A stretch of 64,000 bases of DNA from Parasitella parasitica NRRL 2501 (Eukaryota > Fungi > Mucoromycota), in contig MU619250.1 in the NCBI GenBank assembly GCA_025201805.1, positions 21,300 to 85,299 of the forward strand. Direction: 5' to 3'. The position numbers were made by a program, and so were the translations under genes. Numbering within the stretch: position 1 is the stretch's first letter; each line of letters begins with the position of its first letter. The notes below the pieces were generated by a model that was given only the letters and a program-made list of their open reading frames with translations, was not told the origin of the DNA and did not search any database. Below are positions 37,513 to 54,209 of this stretch, piece after piece.

Positions 37513-39313
37513 AATGTCACTATCTGCTGTTGATTATCTATACATTTCATCCAATATTCGTTTAATATCTTGGCATTTCTGTCTTGAAAAAACCCCTTTA
37601 ATTGTTATTTACCTATAGAAGACACACAAACACTTGAAAATATATATGTACAAATAAAAGAAAGATTGGTTTTTTTCTCAAAGGAAAAAAAAAAAAAAAA
37701 GAGAGACACACACACACACAAAGTGAGAGACAGAGAAAGGAAATAGCGGGGCGCGATAATATAATCTCAAAATGATTGGCTTCTCAAAACTGTCAAGACA
37801 TCCCACTTTTCTTGTCCACCATTCTGTTGGAATCGAGAGCGGAATGAAAAGCGAGACAATCCGTCCTTTGCCTTGGAAATGCGCAAACCAGATTGGGTTT
37901 CTTTCAAACTGTTTACTTTACTGGCTCCTGAATGCTTTGTGCTCCAATCTTCAATTGTTTGATTTGATAGAAGATTCAGAGGTGTTGTAGCATAGCAATC
38001 CAGTAATTGCATATGCTGTAGACAGGAGTAGATGCTGCTTTTTCAAAGCAAAGTTCAAAAAAAGAAAAAAAAAACAACTTTATAGAACAACACATACGAA
38101 GCTTTTACTCGAACAGAGCCTGCCTTCTAATTGCCACATGGAACATCAACAATTAAAAGGCATTACATCTAGAAAAACATTACCAATTCCGAAGGACACA
38201 TGACTAATCGTAATTAACTAGTTGACTACACTCACTATCATTATAATTTTGCGATATGCAACTGATATTCAGTATCTCCATCGTTATTCTTCGGTAAAAT
38301 GTCAGTTAGCACACGGCTAATGCCACTCCCTGGTTTCTAACAAAAGTCTGCTGGAAGATTGCAGCAGAATACTACAAGAAAGTATACGGTAGATATAACC
38401 ATATTTGATTACATTCTTGAGATCAAAGCAAGAGCAGCGTATATACACCTTGCATTGTTTTCTCATTGTAAATTTTAACGATTAATGTCATTGATGGATA
38501 AAAGACGAAAGACCTGCAAATTGGTAAACAATCTTTAGCTGCGGGACTTTGTGATGCAGGGTCTTACACTACTCGAACACAGTTTATTCAAATTTGCTTG
38601 ACTCAAATGTCAAAGTATGATAATCTTTGTTGTCATAATATTGAATAATCTTGCAGCATATGGGACTATGGCTGATACCAAATTTTGCAAGTAAACCAGA
38701 TCCAAGTTTCCAAGGTTCCAAACAAATTTGTGCCTCGTAAAGCCAACTGACATCAAGACCTGTGACAGGATGAGCGGGTGGCAAGAATGATAAATGTTTC
38801 AATCTCTCGTAACCGCCACCAGGATTAGATATCAAATGATTGCAGGACACAAGAGATGCAGTACAACGTAATAAAGACCCTGCTATCAAGTGATCATCAA
38901 CCGCAACGAGTATTCTTTATTGCAGTTGTTTTTGGATATAAACAAACACAGCTCGAAACATCAACTTTTCCCCCATACACATTAGGGGTATTGGTTGATC
39001 CAGCATTCGAGATTCGCTATGGATGTGAGCTCACTGGAAAGCAATAATTCAATATAAGCCATACATGTGATTCATCATTTCCAACCTTACTTGGATGAAT
39101 CGCAATGCAAAATGATGCAAACAATGATGATATGGAAAGATGATACACCAGCATATCAAGGCAACGTGGATTATGTGATTGGCTTCCCTCCGACTAACGA
39201 AAACCGTAAACTTTCAGGATAGAATAAAAAGGGTCCTCAAGGTTTTTGTTTTTTTTGTTTTTTTTTCCATTTCTCAACCGGGTAGAAAAAACACACACAC
39301 ACTTATATATATA

Positions 39314-40433
39314 ATGAGATTAATAATTCGCGAGGATTATGACGAAGTAGCAGAATTCGTCGGTTTGTAAACACACTACTTTGCTCTGCCGCTATCTTGG
39401 ATATCTGCTAATCTTAAATTATGTCTAGCTAATTACATAAAAGAACGCATTCGCCAATTTGAGCCTGGACCTGAAAGACCCTTTGTTTTGGGTTTACCTA
39501 CAGGGTCTTCGCCTATTGGAGTGTACAAGCGCCTAGTAGAGCTTTACAAGTCTGGCCAGGTTAGCTTTCAGTACGTCGTAACTTTCAATATGGATGAGTA
39601 TGTTGGATTACCGCGAGACCACTCTGAATCTTATCATTCATTTATGTGGAAGAATTTATTCATGCATGTTGATATTCGGCCGGAAAATGTCAACATTTTG
39701 GATGGTAATGCACCTGATTTGGACGAAGAGTGCAAGAAATTCGAGGCTGCGATCACTCGTGTAGGAGGCATTGAGTTGTTCTTGGGTGGCATTGGCCCTG
39801 ATGGTCATATAGCTTTCAATGAGCCTGGATCCTCTCTGACTTCTCGGACACGTGTAAAGACATTGGCGTATGAAACAATCATCGCTAATGCCAGGTTTTT
39901 TGACGGTGACATTGCAAAAGTACCAAAACTTGCATTGACAGTTGGAGTAGCGTAAGAGAAATCAATAATTATGCGGCTGGTGTTTCTGTACTGACATCCA
40001 AGTTAGTACTGTTATGGATGCTCGTGAAGTGGTTATACTTATCACAGGCGCTCATAAGGTGAGGATCCAGCAAAACGAATCCTAAAGCATGTCTTTAATA
40101 TAGTTCAAATAGGCAATCGCATTAGCTAAATGTATCGAAGAAGGCGTGAACCACATGTGGACTGTTTCCGCCATTCAAATGCATCCCAAGGGATTGATCG
40201 TGTGTGACGAAGATGCCACCTTGGAGCTTCATGTTAAGGTATGTCCTACAAGATGATGAAGAGCCAATGCTAACATGTATCTGTAAATACAGACCGTAAA
40301 GTACTTTAAATCAATTGAGCATGTTCATCATTCTTTGATAGGCTCTGAAAATTTGTCGCTTCAAGGCGGTGTCAAGCAGCTCAAAAATGTCTTGGCTGTT
40401 GCTGACACAAGACCTTCAACTCCAATGGAGTAA
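39314..40433 (+). CDS. NAG1: Glucosamine-6-phosphate deaminase, multi-exon
   Basis: [50 protein letters not shown]. Confidence 0.97.
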
Positions 40434-40659
40434 CTATAGCCCTCAAAACACAATCTTTTATATTATAATCATTATAGCAAAAATTCTTAATAAATTGTGA
40501 ATCCAGACATCAATCGCCCAAAGAGTAATTTAGCATATCCAGCATGTCAGTTTTACCTTGTGGGCTGGAAACCTAGTCGCTGAGAATGTGACTCTTGCAA
40601 TACCTGTTATTTTACAAGCTTTTCGCCAAGGTTGCGTTTTTTTCTTTCATCACAACATA

Positions 40660-42979
40660 ATGGAAATTACATCACATAACAGATGGGAGGACGATCACTC
40701 TGGTAGCCGTCGTCCCATGCGAATGTCAGGAAGAGAAGATGGCGGTGGTGGAGGAGGAGGTGGTGGTGGTGGTAATATACCGTTCTCAAAGATGATTTTC
40801 GACGGTAAAAGAATGAGAAAGGCTATTCAACGAAGAACAGTCGATTATAATCACAGTGTTGCTAGATGGATGCAGGTTAGATTTTGTTCATTTTTAAATA
40901 AAATACAAGATATTTTCTGTGCAAAATGTTCTCTTTTCTCGTATTTTCTATTTGCTGATTTTATACATTTTCGTTTTGATTTGTAGGAGCGTGTATGGAT
41001 TCGAGACAGACGAGATTCGCGATATCTAAGGCCTGACCCTAATTTCATTGTCAATGTAAGTGATAGATCTCTCCACGTAATCGTCGGTTTGCTTATTCTC
41101 TTTTCTATTGCCGGTAGATGCTACCACCTGTTGCCTACCTTGATAACCCGATTAACGCTGTTACAACGAAATTCATCCATACCTCCACTAATAAAATTAG
41201 ATTCCCAGTAAACGTAGTGCGAGTAAGTCTGCGGCGTTCACATAAAAAATAAGCACAGCCATGTAATTCATTGCAAATTTCTAGTGGACACCTGAAGGCC
41301 GTCGATTGATTACAGGCTCTTCTAGCGGCGAGTTTACCTTGTGGAATGGCTTAACGTTCAACTTTGAGACTATTTTACAAGCGCATGATTCAGCTGTACG
41401 TGCTATGAATTGGTCTCATAATGACAACTGGATGGTAACTGGCGATCACAGCGGTATAATCAAGTATTGGCAGTCGAATATGAGTAATTTGAAAATGTTC
41501 CAAGGCCACAAAGAAGCCATTCGTGATCTTACTTTTGCTCCTTCTGATACTCGTTTTGCTACTTGCTCAGACGACTCTCTCATCAAGATATGGGACTTCA
41601 ACACAGGCGCAGAAGAAAAGACTCTAACTGGCCACGGTTGGGATGTCAAATGCGTTGACTGGCACCCTTACAAAGCGCTAATCGCTTCTGGAAGTAAAGA
41701 CAATCTTATCAAACTTTGGGATCCTAAGACTGCCAAGAACATCACCACACTGTGAGTTGATTTTATGCTATACATGTTTGTTTGATCTAATCTATTTTGT
41801 TTTCATATTTTTTTTATAGCCATGGTCATAAAAATACTGTTCTGGCATTAGAATGGAATCAAAATGGTAACTGGCTGGTAACTGCTGGTAGAGATCAGCT
41901 TGTCAAGGTGTACGACATCAGAACAATGAAAGAATTGCAGATATTCAGGGGCCATAAAAAGGAAATTTGCTGTATGTCTCAACCAATATTATGGCTATGG
42001 TTCCATGTTAATCATTCTGTTTTTAGCTGCCAAATGGCATCCTCAGCACGAAAGATTATTGGCTACTGGTGGCTCAGATGGTGCATTGATGTTCTGGATG
42101 ACAGGCCAAGACCAACCTGTAGGCGAACAAGAAACAGCGCACGAAAGCAACATTTGGTCATTAGACTGGCATCCTGTTGGACATATTCTAGTCAGTGGCT
42201 CAAATGACCATACGACTCGATTCTGGACTCGTCCTCGACCTGGAGAATTGACGTCAGACAAATTCGACTCTAGCCAACATCATGATGAAGAGCCTACACC
42301 TGTCAAACATGAGGATTATGGTAGACAGCAATTCACAGAACCTCCTCCTTTCAGACCTCACAACGTCGCTGGTGCTCACAATAAGATGGAACCACCACCT
42401 TTCAGACCTGCCAATATGCCTCGTCCTCCCTCAATCATGGATAACAACGGCCCACCACCTTTCAGACACAACAGCTTTAATAGCAGTTACAATAATGACG
42501 CCCCTCCTCCTTTCAGACCTCCTCCCCCTCCTCAGCAAGATGGAAACATGATGGGAAGTATGATGCGACAAAACCAGCCTCTTCCCTCGCAGCAAATGCA
42601 ACATATGCAGCATTCACAGCAACACCACCAACAGTTTGATGGAGGTTACAGGCCGCAACAACAAGGAAATAGAGGAAACCCTCGTCAATACGGTAGAGGA
42701 GGTATGCACCAACAGCAACAGAGACACAACAACAATGATCGTAATGTGCAGCATCATCAAGGATACAGACCTCCTCCTCCAATGATGAATAATAATAACA
42801 ATGGTGGTGGTGGTGGTAGTGGTAGTGGTGGTGGTGGTGGTAGATTTAATGATTTCCATCAACAGCAACCACCGAGAATGATGAGCAATAATATGAAAAG
42901 ACCTTATCCCCAACAGCACCAACAGCAGGATAATCTGCCTGGCTATCGTCCGCCTCCACCTTTTAGTGGCGCTGGATCT

Positions 42980-43015
<36 letters not shown>

Positions 43016-43078
43016 CAACAACAACAACAGTTCCAGCAATCAAGAGATTCCAACAAAAAGCCAAGAAGATGGAATTGA
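40660..43078 (+). CDS. PFS2: mRNA 3'-end processing WD40 protein Pfs2/WDR33 with Pro/Gln/Asn/Gly-rich tail
   Basis: [69 protein letters not shown]. Confidence 0.96.
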
Positions 43079-43125
43079 TGATGAATAGAGCCTTATATTT
43101 TAATAAGTTTATTTGTACATATATA

Positions 43126-45634
<2,509 letters not shown>

Positions 45635-46300
45635 TGCTTGTTTCAAACGGAAAGAAATGCAAGCTGCCAGAAGAGTGAGACATGAATCCTTTGAATGAAT
45701 GCAATTTGAGTTTGTGACGGTGAGCTCAGGATACTGTATTGTCAGTTTTCTGTTTGTCACCAATGTAATGCAACTTTTTATAACAAGGATCAAAACAACG
45801 GGTGCATGTTGCGTTATGAAAACAACAGGATCAATTTTACCTGTTTCACATATTATACATGTTGACACCAAAACATCTGTATTAAAATCAGGAAGCTTTG
45901 TATAAATTATACATCCAGGACAAGGCGGCTGAACAATGAGATCTAGAAGTTGCTGACAAACAATCGTCTTGATATTAATGACAATAACTTTATCGAGAAT
46001 CACTTTTTTTATTATTTAATGATGTAAAGTTAGCTTACGCTTTTATTTTTTTTTTTTTTTCGTAAATGTAGTCTTAATTTAATGCATAATGCATACACAA
46101 GCAACCCAACATTTACCAGTGGGAAGAAGTACAACAATATTAGGGCTCGTATCAAAGTGTCTTATCACTTATAGGGTTAGCTCCAGTCGTATTCCTTTCC
46201 ATCGCTAATTATTCAGAAACGCAATTATCTTGTTAAAAAGGTAGTGAATAGAGACGACCGTTATCTCAAAAGTAAAGGCAAACAGTGCATATGTTATTTA

Positions 46301-49300
46301 TTAATTTGAATATGTTTGTTCTTGACTGAAAACATCATTTAAAAACTGGAATCGATTTCCAAATAGTTCCTTCAATTCTTGAAATGCAAATAAACGCTGA
46401 TTTAAATCTCGAACAGCTTGTTTTGCATCAATGTTACCATCACTATTACTTTCTATAATATCTTTTATGCGACACTGGAAACCTGCAAGTCTAGCCTTTT
46501 CCATCAAATTCTCGTTTCTGTGGCCTCCGATTTGAGCATTCGTGGCAGCTTGTATTAGCAAATCTACGCGTTCGTGAAGATTCATGGTGGGCGATGGTAA
46601 TGTTGCCAGTTGATGTAAGCATCTTGATGCCTTCAAATATTCGAACTTTTGCATATGGTAGCGAGCCAAGAATCTCAGCGATCGTTGTTTATCAGGAATA
46701 AAGTTTTCAAAATACGATATCAAGTAGGGTGTTTCAAATGTCAGCAGCTTAAACTCTAAACCTTGCTCCAAGAACCAGTTGTAAAGTTGATAGTGAAATA
46801 CTTTGTCGTCGCTTTTAAGTGCAGTAGCAAACACGTTGTCGATATATGCAACAATAGCTGGAATTGGAACACGATTTGCGGGCACTCCATTTTTTGATAT
46901 CAAAACGAGATCTTGCAGCGCAAAAAATATATGGCGATATGAGCTTGATCGAGCATCTAAGAAATTTGTAGCTGCTTCGCTTTTTTCGGAGGGTGATTCA
47001 TAGACTTTGAGAGCTTGATTTTCAGGATCCATTTGTTGTGCACGCGCCAGTGCCAATTCCAAAATACCAACATGGAAAGAGGATTCCTGGTAAATAATGC
47101 GGATTGGCTCCATTTTTGCATCTGTAATCGAATTTGCTGCTTCCTTCAAGTGAAACAAAGAGTGTTTGAGAGAATCTATTCTTTCATAATCGGATTCGTC
47201 ATGCATTGCTCGGCGAAGATACTCAATACCCTAATTTCAAAGGGGTTTAACTCAAGATCATAACAAAAACATATGCGACTTACCTTGAAAAAAGAAATGT
47301 CACCTGTACTGAAGAAGGTGCTACAGAATCGCCCTAAATGATTGCTAACAAAATCAAACCCACCTTGAGCGTAAAGGGATTCATATTTGGCAATCGTCGC
47401 AATAACAAGTTCTCGAATCAATTCTCGACCTTCCGATTTGGTGAGAATCGCGTTGATATCCAAATCGTAGATTTTTGTTTGAAATGTGTGATGTAGGCTA
47501 TCATCAGTTTGTTAGTTGCACATGTGGATGAGCGTAAGAAATAAGCAACCTACTGGTCAGAAATAATAGCTTGCAATGTCGAATCAAATAGGAATTCAAT
47601 GAATGATAGAGATTCGATGCATTGAACGAGCATCAAATATAAAGCATGTACTGACTTTTGCTCAGCCTTGCAGCAATAGTTAATTGTCACTGCCTGCCTC
47701 CGTATATGCATCACAAACTTACCGATTCTAATAAAGCAAGATTGCGATCAGTAGATTGGTATCGTGCGTCTGAAAATTTTACTGAATCATGAAATTTGGG
47801 GTTACTATAGATATTTGCATAAATTCAGTAGTCTGAGCAATCGACACACATTATCAAGTATTACCGATCCATAAAATCTTTTAGTCGTGAAAGATTATCC
47901 TTTGTGTTAGACACGGTGCTTTGCATTTGAGTATAGATGATATGTGCATGCGTATCATTACCACTATAAACTTCGATCAGTATACCAACAACAGCCATAT
48001 CAAGTATATTGCAACTCACTAGTTAGTAAATACTTTAAGCTTCCAAACGGGAGATACAATTCTAGCGAAATAGAGCACAAAGCCATCGTGTTTTCCACTG
48101 AAAGCGACATCTGTTTGACCAATAGCGCGGCCCAAGTGGTTACCTTGCAGTTGAGCTGGAAGAGTGGATGTTGGCAAACCACCATATGCAAAAAATGTGT
48201 CATTAGCCTTGATAACAATATCATTTTCATCACTGGAGCATCCAATAGACAAGCACATAGCACATGCCTGTATTTGACCATATCTTTCAAAAAAAGACTG
48301 AATCAAGTTTGTATCGAATTCTTCTCGTGCCTTCAAAAAGATTTTGTACAGAATATCGACAGGTCTCAATCTGCTGAAAAACAAAACCGAAAGTGTTGTG
48401 AGAACTATGAATTGTCTAGGTGGATCTGCCCATTGCTGAGAGATTTCTTTGAGATAATGTCGGCCCACAAGATGTTGATTTGTCTCTGTAACGGACATGA
48501 CCGTTTCGTCTATCTCAACTGAAATATCGACTTCAGAGTAAGCTGGCCTATTGCCCTGTTAAAAATACGTAAATGTCAATATGCACGTCTGTCAACTACA
48601 CATATTGCACCCTTACCATTGCCATTACTCCAATAGCTGATGTGGGAGGTTGTGCAGCAGTGGCCGATGTCACAGAATCGATTCGAATTGTAGCCGACGT
48701 ATCTGTTTTAGGCCAAACAGAGATATATATTCCACAGTCGTAATAAGTTTGAGCGGTTATTGGTGGTAACTGGCCTGCAGATCTAGCTAAAACGGGTGGA
48801 GGCAGACGGATGTGTCCTAATTCTAATGTGTTTGGTTCAGTGGGCAACTGACTGCCATATCCTGTACCACGAAAGGAGTCTCTGTAATGTGAAAAATATA
48901 GACGGTATCCAGTAGTTGTTACAGCCATTAAATGAATGCGTTTTGATTCAGCTCTAGAAATGACGTGAAGGGATTCGAGGTCAAAATCAGAAGAGTTACA
49001 AATTCGATTTTGCTGGCGGCATTGGGAAAGTGCATTATCTCGTATGTTTGAAAGCGTGAAAATCGGTTTGTAATTGTTGGTGCGATCTCCGAGATAAACC
49101 ACTTCTATAGCATCAGTTCTCCTGTACAATATATACAAGACTTTTCGCTCATTGTCGATCACAAATGACCGTGCTATTTAAACCAGTGTCAGATACGCAA
49201 ATGTCGGGTAAAACCAGTAATCTCACCTTGGGGCTGGGCTGGTACAAAATAACGAACTGGAGACGGTAGCAGGCACATGAACGTTGACTCAGTCCTATTA

Positions 49301-50197
49301 ATTAGCCTGCATCTGGAGAACCATTTCATAGGGTTCTGTTTGAGAATAATTTAGTGGCTCTTGGCAGGACTCAAACAATATATTAAAGCACATACATTGT
49401 ATTCAACTTCGTACATGGATCCGCTCTTGCCAATCATGAAAATCCGGCCTTCGTCTGTACCTCCAATTTGTTCCATTTGCTCATCGTCTGCTGGCATACT
49501 CAGATTTGTCGCAAATAAGGATATGGTGTCCATGTTTGTTCCTGTTGGTGCTTGATTCGTAGCAACAGCTAGGAGGATGATTTGGAGCGGTGTTGAGAGG
49601 ACCAAAACATGTTTGATGTGATCGCCAAATACATTTGACTTGGGTTTTACTAATTCCACTTTGACGATGATCTGATCTTGGTCAGAATACTCATAATAGT
49701 CGTTTCTAGAAATATGTTTAATAAATTGCGCATTTTCTAGTGCCTGACCAACTCACTCATCAGTCAAACTCCAAATGTACAAGGCGCAATCTATTGTCAA
49801 CCATGCTCGACCAACTTCAGGTAGCAACCCCATAAAACAGCGGCATTGTGTATCAGAATCTGTGAATTATTCAGTGAAAACAATACAATACGCACGGGGG
49901 CCAAGGAGAGGCATTGTGCTTACCAACAATTCTGTCAAAGAAGCGTCTAGGAATAGGGATTCTATTCGTTTGAACAAATTCTTCGTCAGGATTAAGCAAT
50001 GGCTTGATGTAAGCTTCAGAAGGAGAGCCTAAAGTCTGCGTTAGTTTGATCAGCTTACATTGCAGTATAAATGCATACACACCATTCAACAGTGTAGCTA
50101 GGTCAGGGCAATCTTGGTCGCGGCTGATGACTTGCTCAATAAGTTTTCCGGCAGTGATGGTTGTCTCTTGAGTGTCGGTCGGTGGCTGCGAATTCAT
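46301..50197 (-). CDS. NUP170: Nucleoporin Nup170/Nup155 family, multi-exon
   Basis: MGLLPEVGRAWLTIDCALYIW, VELVKPK, IHLMAVTTTGYRLYF, FSGKHDGFVLYFARIVSPVW, FHYQLYNWF. Confidence 0.87.
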
Positions 50198-51166
50198 ATT
50201 CTCAATATTATTCAGTACCAATGATCAGTGAGAGGAAACGAAAAAGTGTCTGATTATGTATCCTGTTCAAAGCAATGAAAAACCTCTCGAATTTACGCGG
50301 TTTACCTGAACTGAGGCAGATTTTTTGTGACATCATTTCCCAGCAGTCCATAATGAATGAATCTTGTTGAGGTTGCATGAACAGGCTGATCTATAGACGA
50401 GCTGCCCAAAGTATTATCAGATGAAGTAGAAGCCTAAATGTCTGGAATAGACTTTTATACTCATTTTTGTCTCAAAAAAAAGATTGAAATTGAGTGAAAT
50501 TTCTAAACACATCTTCAACATTCAAGTAAACAATCTCTAGTGCATAGCAGTTCTAATTTTGCAAACCTAATGCTTATGCTACAGTATATTTATATTTATT
50601 GCTCGGTCTTATCAATTCCACTCTTCTGTTTTATATGATGTACAAAATATTTGTTTAAAAGTTAGTAACTCTTAATCAAAAGCATCAGAAACCACGGATC
50701 CAGACAATTTATGGCAGCAGTACACGTCAATTTCAAAGTGGAAGCATAAAGTATAATTTGTGTTAACATTTAAGTGAAAATAATTAAGCATACATCAAAG
50801 ACTCTTACCTTGCTGCCAAACAGATACTTACGGATTTATAGTTTGAGATGCATCCAAAGAAATCCTTCATCACTATACCTCCAGTGGAGTTTGAAATATT
50901 GTCTGCCGTTACTCGGCGTTGTGGTTGCAGAATGGAGCCAAAATCTTGATTATAAGTAAAATAAAACCAAATATTCAACAGATTACGAGACAAAATACCT
51001 TCTATATCATAATAATACTAAGACCTTAATACAAGAAAATACAGTGTATTATTGGCAGGTACTCTTGTTGATAATAATCCAGAAAGTGTTTGGTTAAACT
51101 CCAGTCGATGAAATAGAATTTCAAGTTGCTATGTTTATTTTACGTCTCTTTTCGTGTAAATAATAC

Positions 51167-52096
51167 ATGATGCTACAAAAGAGGAGCATATTTACCATAG
51201 GTGCTGGTATTGTTGTACTGATGATAATTATTGGCACATTCGCTGCCTATCGCGCCACTATAATGGATTGTATGTATCATCATTCTACGCTTATTACAGA
51301 TAAAACCAAAACATAATTATTCTTCAATAGGCATACAGTCTGTTGCTGTCGAAATGCGAACACAACCTTATAGCTCTCTTGTTTTAACCATGCTCATCAT
51401 CATTACATCCGTACCGCCTATGATAGGGTTCACATTTGCTTCCACGCTCACTGGCTTTATCTATGGATTTTCTGGTGGCATATTGGCTGCTCAATCTGGT
51501 GCCTTTATTGGTGCTCTTGTCGCTTTTGGGCTTATTAAAAAGTATAATTTTAACAGATTTATTCGATTGTCTCCTTCAAAGCAAGAGAAATATACTGCCA
51601 TTCAAGAAGCTATCGAACAAGGTGGCTTCAAGGTAAAACGAAGTGCATTTGATTAAACAATTTAAGCTGAAGCGGCCCTAACAACTCATAGATGATCATG
51701 TTAATTCGACTCAGCCCGATCCCTTGGCCAATTCAAAATATGCTGCTGTCTATCTTACCCACCATTTCAACGCAGCAGTTCGTATTAGCATCATTTTTAT
51801 CGTCATTTAAGGTCTCGGTTGAGGTGTGGATTGGTTCGCAGCTTGCAGACATATCAAATCCAAACTTACCACCATCCGCACATCGCATTGCCATGATGGT
51901 GATGGGTTTAGGTGTCTTAATTCTGGTGGCAGTGGCATGGTGGCTATATAGACTGACGATGCAAAAGGTCGATGAGATGGCAATAGGTCGTCTGGAAGAG
52001 AAATATCACAATGATCATCATGTGGTGTCAGTCGTTACCCACGACACATCAACGCCCTTTTCAGGTAATCAAAGCCCGTCTAAGAAAGAAATGTAG
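51167..52096 (+). CDS. TVP38: TVP38/TMEM64 (SNARE-associated, VTT domain) membrane protein, 3 exons
   Basis: TSVPPMIGF, GFIYGF, GGFK|MIMLIRLSPIPW..QN. Confidence 0.82.
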
Positions 52097-52135
52097 TAGC
52101 AATTACAATAAAAAAGAAACATATTTATTATCAAA

Positions 52136-52585
52136 TCAAGCAGTAGGAAGGATAATTTGTGGAAATTTTTGATTACATTTCTTACACACAGTCTCTCTTT
52201 TTCCTCTGTATCCGCAACAATAAGGGATGATGAGCACTGCGAATAACAGAGACGAGGTAGTCAAATGCATTCGCAGATCATGATAACCATTGTCTGTGCA
52301 CGTAGGGCCTAAAGACTGTTCGATCTGATGTCTTTGCGCTACGAATTGCGGAATAATTGGATTTCCTTGTGCGTCATAACCTTGAATTCCTCTTGCCTCT
52401 GCCGGTGTGGCTCCAACTACGCCTGGATACCCATTGCTATGGCTACTCTCGAATTGCTGTTGAACTTGCTGCTGTTCTTTCTGCATTGGTGTCACTCCAT
52501 TTGTGTTTGAGACACCATATCCAGGTAAGCCACTACTGTAATACCCTTTGTCATTATTTTTGGATTCTTTATTATCGACGTTCAT
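52136..52585 (-). CDS. Small BRI3/LITAF-like protein (Gly/Pro/Tyr/Gln-rich N-terminus; C...H, hydrophobic segment, CC, CxxC)
   Basis: CTDNGYH-[LLFAVLIIPYCC]-VCKKCNQKF architecture. Confidence 0.55.
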   Translation of the reverse strand: MNVDNKESKNNDKGYYSSGLPGYGVSNTNGVTPMQKEQQQVQQQFESSHSNGYPGVVGATPAEARGIQGYDAQGNPIIPQFVAQRHQIEQSLGPTCTDNGYHDLRMHLTTSSLLFAVLIIPYCCGYRGKRETVCKKCNQKFPQIILPTA

Positions 52586-52699
52586 TGGGGCGAAACACGG
52601 ATTGTTTATTATATTATTGAAAAAAAAAAAAAAGAAGAAAAAAAAAAGAGAAACGAAATGATGCAATTATAAAAATCAATCTTAAAAGGAAAATATTTT

Positions 52700-54209
52700 T
52701 TACACCAGTATAGCAATGCTACTGGTATTGCTTTCTTCTTCTTTCGATCTTTCCTCGGCTTTCAAGGCTTCTCTTTGCCAATTAGAGCACAGCAATACAG
52801 CAACAGTGATGAGACAAGCAGCAATCAAAGAACCCGCCAAGGCAGCCCATAGTCCAGATAATCCCCATCCTTGGCGGAAACATAACCAAAAACCAATGGG
52901 AAGGGCAGACAGGTAATAAGAGGCCAAATTACACCAAGCACCTACATGCTGACGGCCCATACCATTCAAAACACCATCGGCCACGCCGGCAATGTTATCA
53001 GCAAATACAAATAGAGCGACTAGAGGCAAGGTATTTGCCACTAGTTGGACCACTTGGGTATCGCTAGTGAAAATGTAGGCCCATTGTTTTCGGAACATGA
53101 GCAATGCTATGCTGTTAATTGCACCGACAGCTGTGCCAACCCATAATGCAGTGTGAGCAGCAATGCGAGCTTGTTTAGGACGCTGAGCGCCTAACAAATT
53201 GCCTACTCGATTGGCTGAAGCAATACCAACGCCGAAAGCTAATGTATATAAAGCAGTAATTGATGTTAAAATGATACTCATGGCACCTAGATTTGGGGTA
53301 TCGATCCAGCTGGCCCCTAAAGCAACAATTTCATATGCCCAGGTTTCTGTGCAAATCAGCAGAATACCTGGGATAGCTAATTTAGCCATTGGGCCCCAGT
53401 GATTTATATTAAAAGCAGCCGAAGTAGACCAAGCAGGCCATGCTTGATAACCATCTACACGATAGATGTACAAAGCCATCAGCAAAACAATTATCCAGTA
53501 AGACAGACAACTAGCCATAGGAGCACCACTAAAACCGAAAGAAGTAGCAGGGATCCAAACCATAGCGTAGTTTAGGAGAAGATTAAATGGTGTTGCCAGT
53601 AACAAAACCATAGTAGGAGCACGGAAGATGCCTTGCGCCTGCAGCATTTTCTTTAAGGCTTCAAATAGAGCAAAAGCAGGAGCAGCCAAGATCATCCAAC
53701 GCACATAATGACCTGCCAAGTGTGCTACAACAGGATCTTGGCGTAAGAGTAAAAAGATATATTCAGCATTCCACCAAATGCCTACAATGGGGATATAAAG
53801 CAGCGACATGAAAGCAAGACAGCGCTGAACATGGAGACCGACGATAGTTTTATCATCAGAGCTAGTGAAAGACTGAGAGCAGAGTGTGTCTAGTGATAAA
53901 GTAGCACCTGTTGCCACAGACAACCCAGTAATGGTAACAAACATGCTGCCCAACGTAGCCGAAGCCAACTCATTTGCGCCCTAAGCATAGGGACATACAG
54001 TATGTGAGTTGAGGTAACAAACAAATAAACAAATTTACACTTACCAAATGGCCGGCTGTAATGATACTCACACTTTGCAAACTGTTCTGCAACAAATAAC
54101 TTATTACCAAAGGCATTGCGTTTTTGAGTAACCATGTAAGCTCATGTTTGTAGCCTTTTTTCTGATTTCCTTTATTTATCAAAAGCGTTGATTCCGTTAC
54201 TATTGACAT
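52700..54209 (-). CDS. MATE family efflux transporter, 2 exons
   Basis: LDTLCSQSF, KLAIPG..ETWAYE, RVGNLLGA, GVLNGMGRQ..GAWCNL..YY. Confidence 0.93.

Noticed and set aside
38200-39160. Possible minus-strand gene with intron-like segments between the phosphodiesterase and NAG1
   Set aside because: Every splice model I tried hit stop codons; unresolved relic at best.
50700-51110. Exon-like minus-strand fragments between NUP170 and TVP38
   Set aside because: No complete frame or recognisable family.
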